A stretch of DNA of 64,000 bases from Lentisphaeria bacterium (GTDB lineage Bacteria > Verrucomicrobiota > Lentisphaeria > JABSQK01 > JAWLHB01), in NCBI GenBank assembly GCA_041690595.1, contig JAWLHB010000014.1, positions 1 through 64,000 of the forward strand. Reading direction: 5' to 3'. Made by a program: the position numbers and the translations under genes. Of this stretch, positions 27,944 through 39,316 are shown piece after piece (within the stretch, counting starts at the first letter, position 1; the number at the start of each line of letters is the position of its first letter). Under the pieces are notes generated by a model that worked only from the letters and a program-made list of their open reading frames with translations, was not told where the DNA came from and did not search any database.

Positions 27944-28830
27944 GATATTGCTCCTTCTGCAAATTGGATGGCCTGGCGAAAGCGTGCGCCGCGCTCCCGC
28001 AAAGCACTGATCAGGTTGTCGAGTTGCTCGACGGCATAGTCGCCGCAGTTCTTGACGATAAACGGATCGGGACGCACCGACCCCTCGCCATAATGGATCT
28101 CGCCCTGAGGCATCGGATGAAACTCCCAGGGATGAAAGTAGAAACAGAGAAAGGGATCGACGCCCTGCTGGCGGCAGTAGCTCGTGTACCCGTCGATATG
28201 GGCCAGCACCGCCCCCGCGCTTTCGGTACGGAAGAGGGGCCACTGGTCCATGTCCCGCCCGTACTGATCCTTCGAATCCATGCTCAGATCCGCAAAGTTG
28301 GGCAGCTCGAGAATCTTCAGATCCCCCTCCTTCGTCCAGTCCTCGGCGCTGGGATGATAGGGGGTCAGCCGCTCGCGGAAGTAGTACATCGGATAGGTCG
28401 AATCGGTCAGGTAGCCCAGCCGCTCCAGGGCATTCACCATCGCTGTCGAGCCGAAGAGGCGCGGCGCTCGGAAGGAACGCGGCCGTACGCCGATAGCGCT
28501 CTCGATCCACTGCGTCGCCAGATCCAGCCGATGCTCCACTTCCTCCGGCAGGATGGGCATCATCCCCGGAATGTCGAAGAGCGCATCGCCGATCGTCTCG
28601 TGAAAGAGCGTGTGGCAGCCGATCTCATGACCCGCCGCATGAACGCTCGCCGCCACCTCCGGGTTCCGGCGTACGCTGTCGCCGGTGAAAAAGAAGGTGC
28701 CGGTTATCCCTTGCCGGGCAAAAAGCTCGAGCAGCCGCGGCGTACCGTGCCGCACCCCCTCATACCAGGGTGTCCAACTGCCGACATCCGTTTCCATATC
28801 GATGCCGATCATCACCTGCAACTCGCTCAT
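27940..28830 (-). CDS. Polysaccharide deacetylase (CE4/NodB; PuuE/PgdA-like subgroup)
   Basis: DMETD, GTFFFTG, HEIGCHTLFH, FRAP and YFHPWEF motifs. Confidence 0.88.
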   Translation of the reverse strand: MSELQVMIGIDMETDVGSWTPWYEGVRHGTPRLLELFARQGITGTFFFTGDSVRRNPEVAASVHAAGHEIGCHTLFHETIGDALFDIPGMMPILPEEVEHRLDLATQWIESAIGVRPRSFRAPRLFGSTAMVNALERLGYLTDSTYPMYYFRERLTPYHPSAEDWTKEGDLKILELPNFADLSMDSKDQYGRDMDQWPLFRTESAGAVLAHIDGYTSYCRQQGVDPFLCFYFHPWEFHPMPQGEIHYGEGSVRPDPFIVKNCGDYAVEQLDNLISALRERGARFRQAIQFAEGAIS

Positions 28831-29873
28831 GGTGAACCTCCGGAAGAACTGCTTTCGCGTAGGACCAGGCGCGGCAGAAGCTGCAGACGATACTCTGCCT
28901 CCTGTCCCGCCTGGCGAGTGAAAATGCGCGCCACGGCCAGCTCGCCCAGCCGGGTCGCATCGAGAAGTATCGTCGTCAGGCTGGGGCTCATCACCTCGCC
29001 CATGGCCAGACCATCACAACCGACCAGCGCAATCTCCTCCGGCACCTTTCGGCCGGCATCGGTGAGCGCCCGCAGAACGCCGAGCGCCATCTCGTCGTTA
29101 GTGAAAACCGCGTCGAATCGAAGCCCCTCCGCCAGCAGCCGCGCCACGGTGTCGCGCGCGCCGCGGCAGGTATAGTCGCTGGCCCGGATCAGCGCTTCAT
29201 CCAGCGGCAGCGACAAGGCCGCATGCAGCTCGCGATAGCCCAGCTCCAGCCGACGTGAAAAATAATGCTCGGCCGGCCCGCTCAAGAGGAGAATCCGCCG
29301 TCGGCCCAGACCGGCCAGATGACGCACCGCCAGGCGCGCCGCCTCCGCGTTGTCGTAGCTGATCGTCTCGCAGGCAGTTGCCAGCCGGGGATCCCCCTCG
29401 TTGTCGACCAGAATCGCCGTCGGCGCCAGCTCCAGTATGGTCTGCAACTGCTCCAGGGCAAAATGGCCGACCACCAGCGTGCCCGCGACCGGCCCCTGCC
29501 GCATCGCTTCGCACATCGAGACAAACTGCGCGTAGTCACCACCGCAGGTGCGGATGATGCAGTCATGCCGACGCCGCCCCAGCTCCTGCTCGATGCTTAC
29601 CAGCAGCCGCGAGGCATAGACGCTCTCCGGCGCGATGCCGGTACCGAGAAGCACCTCCACCACCGGCCGGCGCTCCGTCTTCTGTCGCCGGGGCCGTCCC
29701 CGCTTCACTTGCAGCCGATAGCCCAGCGACTCCGCCGTCGCCAGCACCTTCTCCCGCGTCGCCTCCGACACCTCGCCATTCGCCCGCAATGCACGGCTCA
29801 CGGTCATCGCGCTCACTCCACAGAGTTCCGCGATCCGCGCCACATTCACCGCCGTTGATCCCTTTCTGCTCAT
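28827..29873 (-). CDS. LacI-family transcriptional regulator
   Basis: IAELCGVSAMTVSRAL HTH; DAVFTNDEMALG, VPEEIALVGCD, PSLTTI and LVLRES motifs. Confidence 0.93.
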   Translation of the reverse strand: MSRKGSTAVNVARIAELCGVSAMTVSRALRANGEVSEATREKVLATAESLGYRLQVKRGRPRRQKTERRPVVEVLLGTGIAPESVYASRLLVSIEQELGRRRHDCIIRTCGGDYAQFVSMCEAMRQGPVAGTLVVGHFALEQLQTILELAPTAILVDNEGDPRLATACETISYDNAEAARLAVRHLAGLGRRRILLLSGPAEHYFSRRLELGYRELHAALSLPLDEALIRASDYTCRGARDTVARLLAEGLRFDAVFTNDEMALGVLRALTDAGRKVPEEIALVGCDGLAMGEVMSPSLTTILLDATRLGELAVARIFTRQAGQEAEYRLQLLPRLVLRESSSSGGSP

Positions 29874-29883
29874 CCCTCCACCT

Positions 29884-29904
29884 TATAACACCTTCACCGT
29901 TATA
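29884..29904. promoter_or_regulatory. Candidate operator TATAAC-N9-GTTATA
   Basis: Inverted repeat immediately upstream of the LacI gene RBS. Confidence 0.55.
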
Positions 29905-29947
29905 TCCAGTCCACGCCCCAAAATACTCCCGGCCCTTGGCAGATCCG

Positions 29948-31750
29948 TCACCATCCCCGCTGCTGGGTCTTGTTGGCAAAGAGTTTCTGGGAATCGTGCC
30001 ACTGCCGCATCATCAGGGAGATCTTCGTCTTTAGCTGCGCCGTCAGGTCAGGCCCGAAGAGGAAAGTATTCTCGTCTTCGGCCTTTTTCGCCAAGGGGAT
30101 CAAGGGCACCTCCGACGCCTCGAGCAGATCGATCAGCTCCTGGGTGTTATCCACCTCCCTGCGCATGATCCCTTCGAGCAGGGACGAATTGGCTTCCTTG
30201 GAGAACTCCCCCTCGGCCGCCCGGTCCAGGATCGGCTGAAATGCGCAGATATTCCGCAGGTTGACCGTGAAGCAGCGCAGCCCCTTCACCCGCCTCCGCA
30301 TCTCCACGTAATACGCCGACGCGGCAACCCCCGCCTCGATGCCGCGGTCGAGGCAGCGAACCGCCTCGTCCAGGCTGGTCAGTACCGAGTCCAGGCAGGT
30401 GATGTTCCGTTCACACTCGTCAGGGCTTCGACCGGTGAAGGGCGTGCGCCCGCCATGGCGGAAGAGCAGGTCGTTCCGCGACTGCTCATCATCCAGTGAA
30501 TTGAAGACATGCTTGTGAAAGTACAGCTTCTCCTCCAGGCTGACGCTCTCCGGCAGCGGCAGAAAAGGACGGGTGAGGGTCCGGCAGCTCATGCAGACAT
30601 ACAGGAAGATGCTGTTATAGAAGAGCCGCCCATTGTGCGACGTATCGTCGATCGCCCGGTACAGGTGCTGCCAGGCATCCGTCAGTTCATGGTTGTCGTC
30701 ATCCTCCAGCCCCATCTCGGTCGCCAGCTTCTTCATGAAGAAAAGCTGACTCGTCTTCCCCCGGGTGGGATTCGCCAGGAAGCGCTTCATCAGGCGCGGG
30801 TAGAGTCCACCGGCCCTGAAGGTGACCTTCGGCTGCTCCACATTGACGACGAGCAGATCCGCCTGCCCCTGCACCGCCTTCTCCAACTCGCCAAGCATCC
30901 CCAGCGGGTTCTCATGGATGACCGGCTTGTCCTGCGGTGCCCGCGCGAAGTAGATCTTCTCGCCCGCCACCACCCCCGGATGCGGCAGAAGATGGCCGGA
31001 GAAGGTCCACGTCGGGATGTTCGTCAGGTAGACCAGCGGTTGCCTGCCGCCCGCCGACAGGCCGTGCGACAACGCGCTCGTAAAGCCGGCCACCCGCTCC
31101 TCCATCGCCCGATGCCGGCAAGCCCCCGGTCCGTTGGCGCCGGCATAGAGCCGGTCATACCAGCAGAGCCCCGTGCCCGAGTCGACACACAGAAAGATCG
31201 CGGTATCCAGAACCGGTGCCGCCTTGCCGATGGCGTCACTCGCTTCACGGTAGAGCGCCAGAACCTCGTCGTTGTCCACGCATGGGGCGAAGTAGGGACG
31301 CCGACTCCTGAAGGGCATGTCGCAGCGCGGGCCGCGCCACGCGGGATGCTCCTGATAAATCGCTTCCGGAAGCCACTGCGGCGCCGCGCCGATCAGAGAC
31401 CCCTTCAGCCCCAGCGCCCGCAGGATCTCCGAGCGCAGATGCAGTTGCTCCATGTTGCGCTCGACGTAGTCGGCGGAGATCACCCCGCTCAGCTCGGCGG
31501 GGCAATGGAACTTGAAGAAGTCCGGAAATGCCGCCGTATACTCCGGATAGAAATCGTACCCCTCGCCATAGACCCCATCATTATCCAGTTGGTACCGACT
31601 CCTGGAGACCAGCGCATTCCCCAGGTCGACGTGGCTGAAGCCGCACTCCGCCGCCGTAGCCGCCAGCTCCTTGAAGTCCGCCAGCGGCAAATGGTCATTG
31701 TGGGCCGTGTAGCCCGGAAAGAGAACGAGTCGATCAGCCATCTTGAACAT
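29948..31750 (-). CDS. Uncharacterised glycoside-hydrolase-like protein
   Basis: About 600 aa from ATG 31750 (GAGGTG RBS); HPAWRGPRCD, PCVD and DSGTGLCW motifs; loosely resembles 11890-14019. Confidence 0.55.
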   Translation of the reverse strand: MFKMADRLVLFPGYTAHNDHLPLADFKELAATAAECGFSHVDLGNALVSRSRYQLDNDGVYGEGYDFYPEYTAAFPDFFKFHCPAELSGVISADYVERNMEQLHLRSEILRALGLKGSLIGAAPQWLPEAIYQEHPAWRGPRCDMPFRSRRPYFAPCVDNDEVLALYREASDAIGKAAPVLDTAIFLCVDSGTGLCWYDRLYAGANGPGACRHRAMEERVAGFTSALSHGLSAGGRQPLVYLTNIPTWTFSGHLLPHPGVVAGEKIYFARAPQDKPVIHENPLGMLGELEKAVQGQADLLVVNVEQPKVTFRAGGLYPRLMKRFLANPTRGKTSQLFFMKKLATEMGLEDDDNHELTDAWQHLYRAIDDTSHNGRLFYNSIFLYVCMSCRTLTRPFLPLPESVSLEEKLYFHKHVFNSLDDEQSRNDLLFRHGGRTPFTGRSPDECERNITCLDSVLTSLDEAVRCLDRGIEAGVAASAYYVEMRRRVKGLRCFTVNLRNICAFQPILDRAAEGEFSKEANSSLLEGIMRREVDNTQELIDLLEASEVPLIPLAKKAEDENTFLFGPDLTAQLKTKISLMMRQWHDSQKLFANKTQQRGW

Positions 31751-31875
31751 CGCCGACACCTCTGAATAAGTGGAAAACCCGCACCATCGCCGCCACCGGC
31801 GGCACTCCCTACTATACCGACACCCAAATCCCTCGCCCATCCGCCTCACCACAATCTCCATAATCAAAGCCCCCG

Positions 31876-32030
31876 CCCTCCGGGGTCGCACCGACACCAT
31901 CAACTTCGCGCCTCCGCCCCGACCTCCGGGGTCACACCTACACCATCAACTTTGCGCCTCCGCCCCGCCCGACCTCCGGGGGCCCGCCCTCCGGGGTCGC
32001 ACCTACACCATCAACTTCGCGCCTCCGCCC
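31876..32030. repeat. Three tandem ~45-bp repeats
   Basis: CTCCGGGGTC(G/A)CACC(G/T)ACACCATCAACTT(C/T)GCGCCTCCGCCC x3; the reverse strand contains GTAGGTGCGACCCC. Confidence 0.85.
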
Positions 32031-32093
32031 GAGCGCGCGAACTTGAGCGCTCCTCCCCGCTACCTTCAGTCAGATTTTCTCTGTAGAAATAAT

Positions 32094-32109
32094 TGGCAAG
32101 CGCTTGCCA
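32094..32109. promoter_or_regulatory. Perfect 16-bp palindrome, LacI-type operator
   Basis: TGGCAAGCGCTTGCCA with a central AAGCGCTT, in the divergent intergenic region. Confidence 0.6.
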
Positions 32110-32239
32110 TATACCTTGGACACATTATTGTAAAGTTGAAGCAGGTTCATCGTTACAATTTTGTCACTCTTTCTGATGCAGCGGGCGTTTTTGCCATTAA
32201 CGCGAGCGCCGGAGCGGGGGAAACGGAGGCTGAGCAAGC

Positions 32240-32255
32240 TGGCACACCGCCTGCT
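32240..32255 (+). promoter_or_regulatory. Sigma-54 promoter candidate for gltBD
   Basis: TGGCAC-ACCGC-CTGCT with GG-N10-GC spacing. Confidence 0.6.
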
Positions 32256-32366
32256 GTTTCAGCCCCTGAAGACTCCTGCCATGCCGCCGCACTCGCCGTA
32301 TGGCGGCTGAACGCAGCAGCAACCAGATAGAGATAACCACCATCGTTGAATGGGCGGAGAGAGATC

Positions 32367-35300
32367 ATGAGAGCACCTTCATCGGACTGGCGTCAACCCC
32401 CGGGACTTCACCAGCCCGACTACGAGAACGATGCATGCGGAGTCGGCCTGATCTGCAATATCAAGGGCGTCCGCTCCCACGACATCATCCGCAAGGCGCT
32501 GCAGATCCTGGTCAACCTCACCCATCGCGGCGCCACCGGCTGCGATCCCGGCACGGGCGATGGCGCCGGCATCCTCTTGCAGATGCCCCACGAGTTCATG
32601 ACCCGGCGCTGCGCCGAGCAGTCGATTACCCTCCCCGAACCAGGGGATTTTGGCGCCGGCCTAGTCTTTCTCCCGCGCGACAGCGAACAGCAGGCCTTCT
32701 GCAGGCGGCGCTTCGAAGAGGTCGTCGTGGAGGAGGGGCAACGCTTCCTGGGCTGGCGCCAGATGGAGGTGCGCAGCGAGGTCATCGGTGACATCGCCCG
32801 CCAGATGGAGCCCGCCATCAGCATGATCCTCATCGGCCGCGGCGCCGCCACCGGCTCCGACATGGAGTTCGAACGCAAGCTCTACGTGATCCGCAAGGTG
32901 ATGGAGATCGAGATTCGCGCCAGCCAGCTTCCGGAAAAGGGCTTCTTCTACGTGCCGAGCCTTTCGCACCGAACGCTGAACTACAAGGGGCTGCTGCTGG
33001 CCGACCAGGTCGAGACCTTTTACCGCGACCTGCACGACGAATCGATGACCAGCGCCCTGGCCCTCGTGCATCAGCGCTACAGCACCAACACCTTCCCCAC
33101 CTGGGATCTCGCCCAGCCCTTCCGCTTCCTCTGCCACAATGGCGAGATCAACACCCTGCGCGGCAACATCAACTGGCTGAGCGCCCGCGAGGGACTCTTC
33201 GAATCCCCCATCTTCGGCGACGACCTGCGCAAGGTCCTGCCGGTCGTGACCCCCAAGGCCAGCGATTCCGCCATTCTCGATAATGCCATCGAGCTGCTCT
33301 ACCACACCGGCCGCTCCCTGCCCCACTGCATGATGATGACGATCCCGGAAGCCTGGCAGCGCCACGACACCATGGATGACGAGAAGAAGGCCTTCTACGA
33401 GTATCATTCCTGCCTGATGGAGCCGTGGGATGGCCCCGCCTCCATCCCCTTCACCGACGGCAAGTGCCTCGGCGCCGTCCTCGACCGCAACGGCCTCCGC
33501 CCCTCCCGTTACACCGTCACCCGCGACGGCCTCGTCATCATGGCTTCCGAGACCGGCGTCATCGACATCGAACCCGAAAATGTCGAGTACAAGGGGCGCC
33601 TGCAGCCCGGGCGCATGTTTCTGGTCGACATGGAGGAAGGACGCATCATCGACGACGAAGAGATCAAGCATTCGGTGGCCCGCCGCAAGCCCTACCGGCA
33701 GTGGCTCGATACCCGCCTGGTCGACCTGCAGGCTCAGCCCCTCGCCCCGGAGCAGTCCGGCCACACGGGCGAAAGCCTCCTCCAGTTGCAGAAGCTCTTC
33801 GGCTACAGCATCGAGGATCTGAAGATCATCATGGCGCCCATGGCCCGTGACGGCAAGGAAGCCATCGGCTCCATGGGCACCGACTCCCCCCTCGCCGTCC
33901 TTTCCGAACGCCCGCAGCTGATCTACAACTACTTCAAGCAGCTCTTCGCGCAGGTCACCAATCCCCCGCTCGACGGTATCCGCGAGGAGCTGGTCACCGC
34001 CATCAACACCACCCTCGGCGCGGAACGCAATCTCTTCGAAGAGAGCCCCGAGCACTGCCGCCAGCTCAAGCTGCCCCACCCCATCCTGACCAAGGCCAAC
34101 CTGGCCAAGATTCGCGCGCTGGATACCGACGGTCTGCGCGCCATCACCCTCTCGGCCGTCTACCCCGCCGCTGAAGGTGGCCAGGGACTTCGCGCGGCCA
34201 TCGAGGAGCTCCGCGCCGCGGCGGAAAAGGCGATCGACGACGGCTTCAGCGTCCTGATCCTCTCCGATGCGAAGGCTGACGCCGACGCCGCGCCGATTCC
34301 CGCGGCCATGGCCGTGGCCGGCGTGCATCACCACCTCATCCGAGCCGGCAAACGCGCCCGCTGCGGCCTGATCGTCGAGAGCGGCGAGCCTCGCGAGGTC
34401 CACCACTTCTGCGTTCTCTTCGGCTACGGCGCCACCGCCATCTGCCCGTGGCTCGCCTACGAAACCATCGAAGCTCTGGTTCAGCATCGTGACGTCGCCG
34501 ACATCGATGCCTTCACCGCCATCAAGCACTACATCAAGGCCATCGACAAGGGGGTGATGAAAGTCACCTCGAAGATGGGCATTTCCACGCTGCAGAGCTA
34601 TCGCGGCGCCCAGATCTTCGAATGCATCGGCATCAATCTGGAGGTGATCGACGAGTATTTCACCGGCACCGCCTCCCGCATCGGCGGCATCGGCCTCGAC
34701 GAGATCGCGACGGAGGTGAAGGCCCGCCATGACCGTGCCTATCCTTCCGTCGATATCGCCCGCACCCTCGATCTGGAGCTGGGCGGCGTCTACCAGTGGC
34801 GGCGCAACGGCGAGTTTCACCTCTTCAACCCCGTCACCATCGCCAAGCTCCAGCAGTCGACCCGCGAAAATAATCGCGAGATCTACCGCGAGTACGCCAG
34901 CCTGATCAACGAGCAGAGCCGGAATCTCTGCACCTTGCGCGGTCTCTTCGACTTCGATCTGGAAGCGCGCGAGCCTGTGCCTCTGGATGAAGTCGAGCCG
35001 TGGACCACCATCGCCCGGCGCTTCAAGTCTGGCGCCATGTCCTTCGGCTCGATCAGCAAGGAAGCCCATGAATCGCTGGCCATCGCCATGAATCGCATCG
35101 GCGGCCGCAGCAACAGTGGCGAAGGGGGCGAAGACGAAAACCGCTTCGAGCGCGACCCCAACGGCGACTGGCGCATCAGCCGCATCAAGCAGGTGGCCTC
35201 CGGCCGCTTTGGCGTCACCAGCCATTACCTCGTCAACGCCGACGAACTGCAGATCAAGATGGCCCAGGGCGCGAAGCCGGGCGAAGGCGGGCAGCTGCCG

Positions 35301-36938
35301 GGCAAGAAGGTCTACCCGTGGATCGCCAAGGTACGCCATTCCACCCCATACGTCGGCCTCATCTCGCCGCCGCCCCACCATGACATCTACTCCATCGAGG
35401 ATCTTGCCCAGCTCATCCACGACCTCAAGAATGCCAACCGCGAGGCGCGCATCAACGTCAAGCTGGTCTCGGAAGTCGGCGTCGGCACCATCGCCGCCGG
35501 GGTGGCCAAGGGCAAGGCCGACGTGGTGCTCATCAGCGGCTGGGACGGAGGCACCGGCGCCTCGCCGCAGACCTCCCTGAAGCATGCCGGCCTCCCCTGG
35601 GAACTCGGCCTCTCCGAGACGCATCAGGTCCTCGTGCAGAACAACCTGCGCAGCCGGATCGTCGTCGAGTGCGACGGCCAGTTGAAGACGGGCCGCGATG
35701 TCATTGTCGCCTGCCTGCTGGGCGCGGAAGAGTTCGGCTTCGCCACCGCCCCGCTGGTGACGCTCGGCTGCATCATGATGCGCGTCTGCCACCTCGATAC
35801 CTGCCCCGTCGGTGTCGCCACGCAGAACCCGGATCTGCGCAAGCAGTTTACCGGCAAGCCGGAGTACGTCGTCAACTTCTTCCGCTTCATCGCCGAAGAC
35901 ATGCGCGAAATCATGGCCAGCCTCGGCTATCGCACCATCGACGAAATGGTCGGCCAGGTGCAGCGCCTCAAGGTCCAGAAAGCCGTCGATCACTGGAAGG
36001 CGCGCGGACTCGACCTCAGCCGCGTTCTCTACAAGCCACCCGCCCAGGAGAATGTCGGCATCCGCTGCACCGAGGTGCAGGACCACGGCATCGACAAGGC
36101 GCTCGACAACGAGCTGATCGAGAAGGCCAGGCCCGCTCTCGAGCGCGGCGAACGGATCGACTTCGATCAGCCGATCCGCAACATCAACCGCACCGTCGGC
36201 ACCATGCTCAGCAGCGAAATCTCCCGTCGCTACGGCGGCGCCGGTCTGCCGGACGACACCATCACCATCCGCTGCCATGGCTCAGCCGGTCAATCCTTCA
36301 GCGCTTTTGGGGCAAAGGGGCTGACCATGATCGTCGATGGCGATGCCAACGACTACTTCGGCAAGGGACTTTCCGGGGCGCGCCTGGTCATTCGTCCGCC
36401 CGCGAAATCGACCTTCGCGGCGGAGGAAAACATCATTATCGGCAACGTGGCCCTTTATGGGGCGACGAGCGGGGAGTGTTACGTCCGCGGCCGCGCCGGC
36501 GAACGCTTTGCGGTCCGCAACAGCGGCGCGCTGGCGGTGGTCGAAGGGGTTGGCGATCATGGCTGCGAGTACATGACGGGAGGCAAGGTGATCATCCTCG
36601 GCACCACCGGCCGCAACTTCGCCGCCGGCATGAGCGGGGGCATCGCCTACGTTCTCGACGAGTCCGGCCAGTTCTACAACCACAACTGCAACACGGAAAT
36701 GGTCGAACTGGAAGAACTCGATGACTTTGACGAGATCGACCAGGTGCGGTCGTTGATCGAGCGCCACCATCGCTACACGGGCAGCCCCGTGGCGGAGCGG
36801 ATACTGGGCAATACCAACGATATGCTGGGGCGCTTCATCAAAGTGATTCCAACCGATTACAAACGCGCCATGCAACGCATGGAACAGGAACAGCATGAAC
36901 CGGCCCACCTGGCCGTTGGAGGTGATTCCCATGGGTAA
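32367..36938 (+). CDS. gltB: Glutamate synthase large subunit
   Basis: [45 protein letters not shown] and GXGXG-domain motifs. Confidence 0.98.
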   Translation: MRAPSSDWRQPPGLHQPDYENDACGVGLICNIKGVRSHDIIRKALQILVNLTHRGATGCDPGTGDGAGILLQMPHEFMTRRCAEQSITLPEPGDFGAGLVFLPRDSEQQAFCRRRFEEVVVEEGQRFLGWRQMEVRSEVIGDIARQMEPAISMILIGRGAATGSDMEFERKLYVIRKVMEIEIRASQLPEKGFFYVPSLSHRTLNYKGLLLADQVETFYRDLHDESMTSALALVHQRYSTNTFPTWDLAQPFRFLCHNGEINTLRGNINWLSAREGLFESPIFGDDLRKVLPVVTPKASDSAILDNAIELLYHTGRSLPHCMMMTIPEAWQRHDTMDDEKKAFYEYHSCLMEPWDGPASIPFTDGKCLGAVLDRNGLRPSRYTVTRDGLVIMASETGVIDIEPENVEYKGRLQPGRMFLVDMEEGRIIDDEEIKHSVARRKPYRQWLDTRLVDLQAQPLAPEQSGHTGESLLQLQKLFGYSIEDLKIIMAPMARDGKEAIGSMGTDSPLAVLSERPQLIYNYFKQLFAQVTNPPLDGIREELVTAINTTLGAERNLFEESPEHCRQLKLPHPILTKANLAKIRALDTDGLRAITLSAVYPAAEGGQGLRAAIEELRAAAEKAIDDGFSVLILSDAKADADAAPIPAAMAVAGVHHHLIRAGKRARCGLIVESGEPREVHHFCVLFGYGATAICPWLAYETIEALVQHRDVADIDAFTAIKHYIKAIDKGVMKVTSKMGISTLQSYRGAQIFECIGINLEVIDEYFTGTASRIGGIGLDEIATEVKARHDRAYPSVDIARTLDLELGGVYQWRRNGEFHLFNPVTIAKLQQSTRENNREIYREYASLINEQSRNLCTLRGLFDFDLEAREPVPLDEVEPWTTIARRFKSGAMSFGSISKEAHESLAIAMNRIGGRSNSGEGGEDENRFERDPNGDWRISRIKQVASGRFGVTSHYLVNADELQIKMAQGAKPGEGGQLPGKKVYPWIAKVRHSTPYVGLISPPPHHDIYSIEDLAQLIHDLKNANREARINVKLVSEVGVGTIAAGVAKGKADVVLISGWDGGTGASPQTSLKHAGLPWELGLSETHQVLVQNNLRSRIVVECDGQLKTGRDVIVACLLGAEEFGFATAPLVTLGCIMMRVCHLDTCPVGVATQNPDLRKQFTGKPEYVVNFFRFIAEDMREIMASLGYRTIDEMVGQVQRLKVQKAVDHWKARGLDLSRVLYKPPAQENVGIRCTEVQDHGIDKALDNELIEKARPALERGERIDFDQPIRNINRTVGTMLSSEISRRYGGAGLPDDTITIRCHGSAGQSFSAFGAKGLTMIVDGDANDYFGKGLSGARLVIRPPAKSTFAAEENIIIGNVALYGATSGECYVRGRAGERFAVRNSGALAVVEGVGDHGCEYMTGGKVIILGTTGRNFAAGMSGGIAYVLDESGQFYNHNCNTEMVELEELDDFDEIDQVRSLIERHHRYTGSPVAERILGNTNDMLGRFIKVIPTDYKRAMQRMEQEQHEPAHLAVGGDSHG

Positions 36939-38394
36939 GCCCGATGGATTCCTGCTGTACGACCGGGAAATGCCGCGCAAGCGCCCCGTCGTCAGCCGGG
37001 TTAACGATTTTCGCGAGTTCTACCTCCCGATGCCGGAGAAGACGCTTCGCCAGCAAGGCGCCCGCTGCATGGACTGCGGCGTCCCCTTCTGCCACAGCGG
37101 CTGCCCCCTCGGCAACATCATCCCCGACTGGAACGATCTCGTCTATCGCGGCCAGTGGGCGGAAGCCGTCGATCGCCTCCTGGCCACCAACAACTTCCCG
37201 GAGTTCACCGGCCGCATCTGCCCCGCTCCCTGCGAGGAAGCCTGCGTGCTGGGCATCAACCAGCCGCCGGTGACCATCGAGCTGATGGAGAAGACCATCG
37301 CGGAACGTGGTTTCCAGATGGGGCTGATCAAGCCGGAGCCACCCATGCGGCGGACGACGAAGAAGGTGGCGATTGTCGGCTCGGGCCCCTCCGGCCTTGC
37401 CTGCGCCTACCAGCTCAACCGCGCGGGCCACTGGGTCACCGTCTTCGAGCGCCATGATCGCATCGGCGGCCTCCTGCGCTACGGCATCCCCGATTTCAAG
37501 CTGGAGAAGGCTGTCGTGGATCGGCGGCTCAAGCTGATGGAAGCCGAAGGCATCCGCTTCCGTACCCGCTGCAATGTCGGCACCAAACCGACCATCCCCG
37601 AACTCAAGCGCGAGTTCGACGTCATCGTTCTGTGCGGCGGCGCCACCAGACCGCGCGACCTGCCCATTCCCGGCCGTGAGCTGGATGGCGTTCACTTTGC
37701 CATGGACTTCCTGGCCCAGCAGAACAAGCGCGTGGCGGGACAGCCCGTCAGCAACGAGATCCTCGCCACCGGCAAGAATGTCATCGTGATCGGCGGCGGC
37801 GATACCGGCAGCGACTGTATCGGTACTTCCAATCGCCAGCAGGCAGCCTCCGTCACCAACTTCGAACTCTTCCCCCGGCCCGCCGAAGAGCGTACCGCCG
37901 ACCAGCCATGGCCGTACTGGCCGATGAAGCTGCGCACCAGCACCTCCCACCAGGAAGGTTGTCATCGCCAGTTCAGCATCCTCACCAAGGAGTTCATCGG
38001 CACGGATGGCAAGCTGACCGCCCTCCGCACCGTGGAACTGCAATTCGTCCCCGATCCCAAGGGCGGACGCCCCCGCATGGAAGAGGTTGCGGGCAGCGAA
38101 AAGGAGTGGCCGGCCGATCTCGTCCTCCTGGCCATGGGCTTCCTCGGGCCCGATCCGGAAGGCATTGTCGCCCAGCTCGGCGTCAGCCTCGATCCCCGCG
38201 GTAATGTCGCCTGCGACGAGAGCCACATGACCTCCGTGCCTGGCGTCTTCAGCGCCGGCGACATGCGTCGCGGCCAGTCTCTGGTCGTCTGGGCCATCAG
38301 CGAAGGTCGCGAAGCCGCCTATCATGTCGACAAGTACCTGATGGGACGCTCCGCCCTCCCCCGCAAAGGCGCGGGAGATCTGCCGCGCGCCTGA
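36931..38394 (+). CDS. gltD: Glutamate synthase small subunit
   Basis: [38 protein letters not shown] and [11 protein letters not shown] motifs. Confidence 0.98.
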   Translation: MGKPDGFLLYDREMPRKRPVVSRVNDFREFYLPMPEKTLRQQGARCMDCGVPFCHSGCPLGNIIPDWNDLVYRGQWAEAVDRLLATNNFPEFTGRICPAPCEEACVLGINQPPVTIELMEKTIAERGFQMGLIKPEPPMRRTTKKVAIVGSGPSGLACAYQLNRAGHWVTVFERHDRIGGLLRYGIPDFKLEKAVVDRRLKLMEAEGIRFRTRCNVGTKPTIPELKREFDVIVLCGGATRPRDLPIPGRELDGVHFAMDFLAQQNKRVAGQPVSNEILATGKNVIVIGGGDTGSDCIGTSNRQQAASVTNFELFPRPAEERTADQPWPYWPMKLRTSTSHQEGCHRQFSILTKEFIGTDGKLTALRTVELQFVPDPKGGRPRMEEVAGSEKEWPADLVLLAMGFLGPDPEGIVAQLGVSLDPRGNVACDESHMTSVPGVFSAGDMRRGQSLVVWAISEGREAAYHVDKYLMGRSALPRKGAGDLPRA

Positions 38395-39144
38395 TCAGCC
38401 GGCTGCCTGCCGAAGGCACTGGCGGATGAAGGCCGGACGATTGGTGGTGATGGAATCGACTCCCGCGGCGGCCAGGCGAAGGGCCTCGCGGGGATCGTCC
38501 ACCGTCCAGACATGATAGCTGTACCCGGCCTCATGGAACGCGGCAATCCACGCCGCGTCGACATACGGCGTCACACTGGTGCCGATGGCGCTGGCGGCGC
38601 ATTCCCCCAGACGATCCAGGATCTCCGCCGGCGGCGGCACGCGATCCGTCGGCAGACTCATCAGCAGGCTCGCCAATCGATCCGGGCAGAGCTTCCGCGC
38701 GGCGGCAATGACCAGGGGATCGAAGGAGATGACCAGCGTCTGTTCCGGGGTCAGCCCCGCGGAAGCACACCCCTGCATCACCGCCGGCACCACGTCCGGC
38801 CCACATTTCACTTCGATGTAGATGCGGCGCCCCGCGGGCACGGTGGCCAGCACCTCCGCAAGGCTGGGAATCCGCTCATCCTTCCATTGGCTGCCCCGCC
38901 ACGAGCCCGCATCCAGCTCCCGCAGCCGGGCAAACCTGCTCTCCCGCACGACGCACGCCACCCCGCTCACCCGCCTGGTATCGCCATCATGAATGCAGAC
39001 GATCCGCCCATCGCAGGTGAGATGGAAATCGCCTTCGATCCCGTCGGCATCATGCTCCCAGGCGAGCCGAAAGGCAGCCAGGGTATTCTCCGGCGCATCC
39101 GCCGAAGCCCCCCGATGTGCAACAATAAGAGGTTCTCTCCGCAT
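38395..39144 (-). CDS. Glycerophosphodiester phosphodiesterase
   Basis: IVAHRGAS..PENTLAAF, IEGD, HD, IEVK, WTVDD and ITTNRP motifs. Confidence 0.93.
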   Translation of the reverse strand: MRREPLIVAHRGASADAPENTLAAFRLAWEHDADGIEGDFHLTCDGRIVCIHDGDTRRVSGVACVVRESRFARLRELDAGSWRGSQWKDERIPSLAEVLATVPAGRRIYIEVKCGPDVVPAVMQGCASAGLTPEQTLVISFDPLVIAAARKLCPDRLASLLMSLPTDRVPPPAEILDRLGECAASAIGTSVTPYVDAAWIAAFHEAGYSYHVWTVDDPREALRLAAAGVDSITTNRPAFIRQCLRQAAG

Positions 39145-39203
39145 GCCCCTTACAGTAGCACCGCAGCTGCAAATTGCATTGAACTTCGAACCCCGCTCTG
39201 ACC

Positions 39204-39314
39204 TGATCCGTCCGATCCGTCCGATCCGCCCGATCCCGTCTCCCTTGCCCCAACGCAACGGGGCCACTCAGGCGAGTGGCGTGCCCAAGGTTGTGCCGCT
39301 GAAGGCGGGACTAC
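39204..39314. repeat. Short REP mosaic
   Basis: GATCCGTCC 9-mer tandem, GCCACTCAGGCGAGTGGC (39263), and GTAG-TCCCGCCTTCAGCGG on the minus strand. Confidence 0.8.
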
Positions 39315-39316
39315 CT

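Noticed and set aside
27944..28510. N-terminal extension of the M24 ORF to 573 aa
   Set aside because: It overlaps the deacetylase in another frame. The real start is ATG 27943, with an AAGGAG RBS.
32661..36278. 1205-aa minus-strand ORF
   Set aside because: Antisense shadow of gltB.
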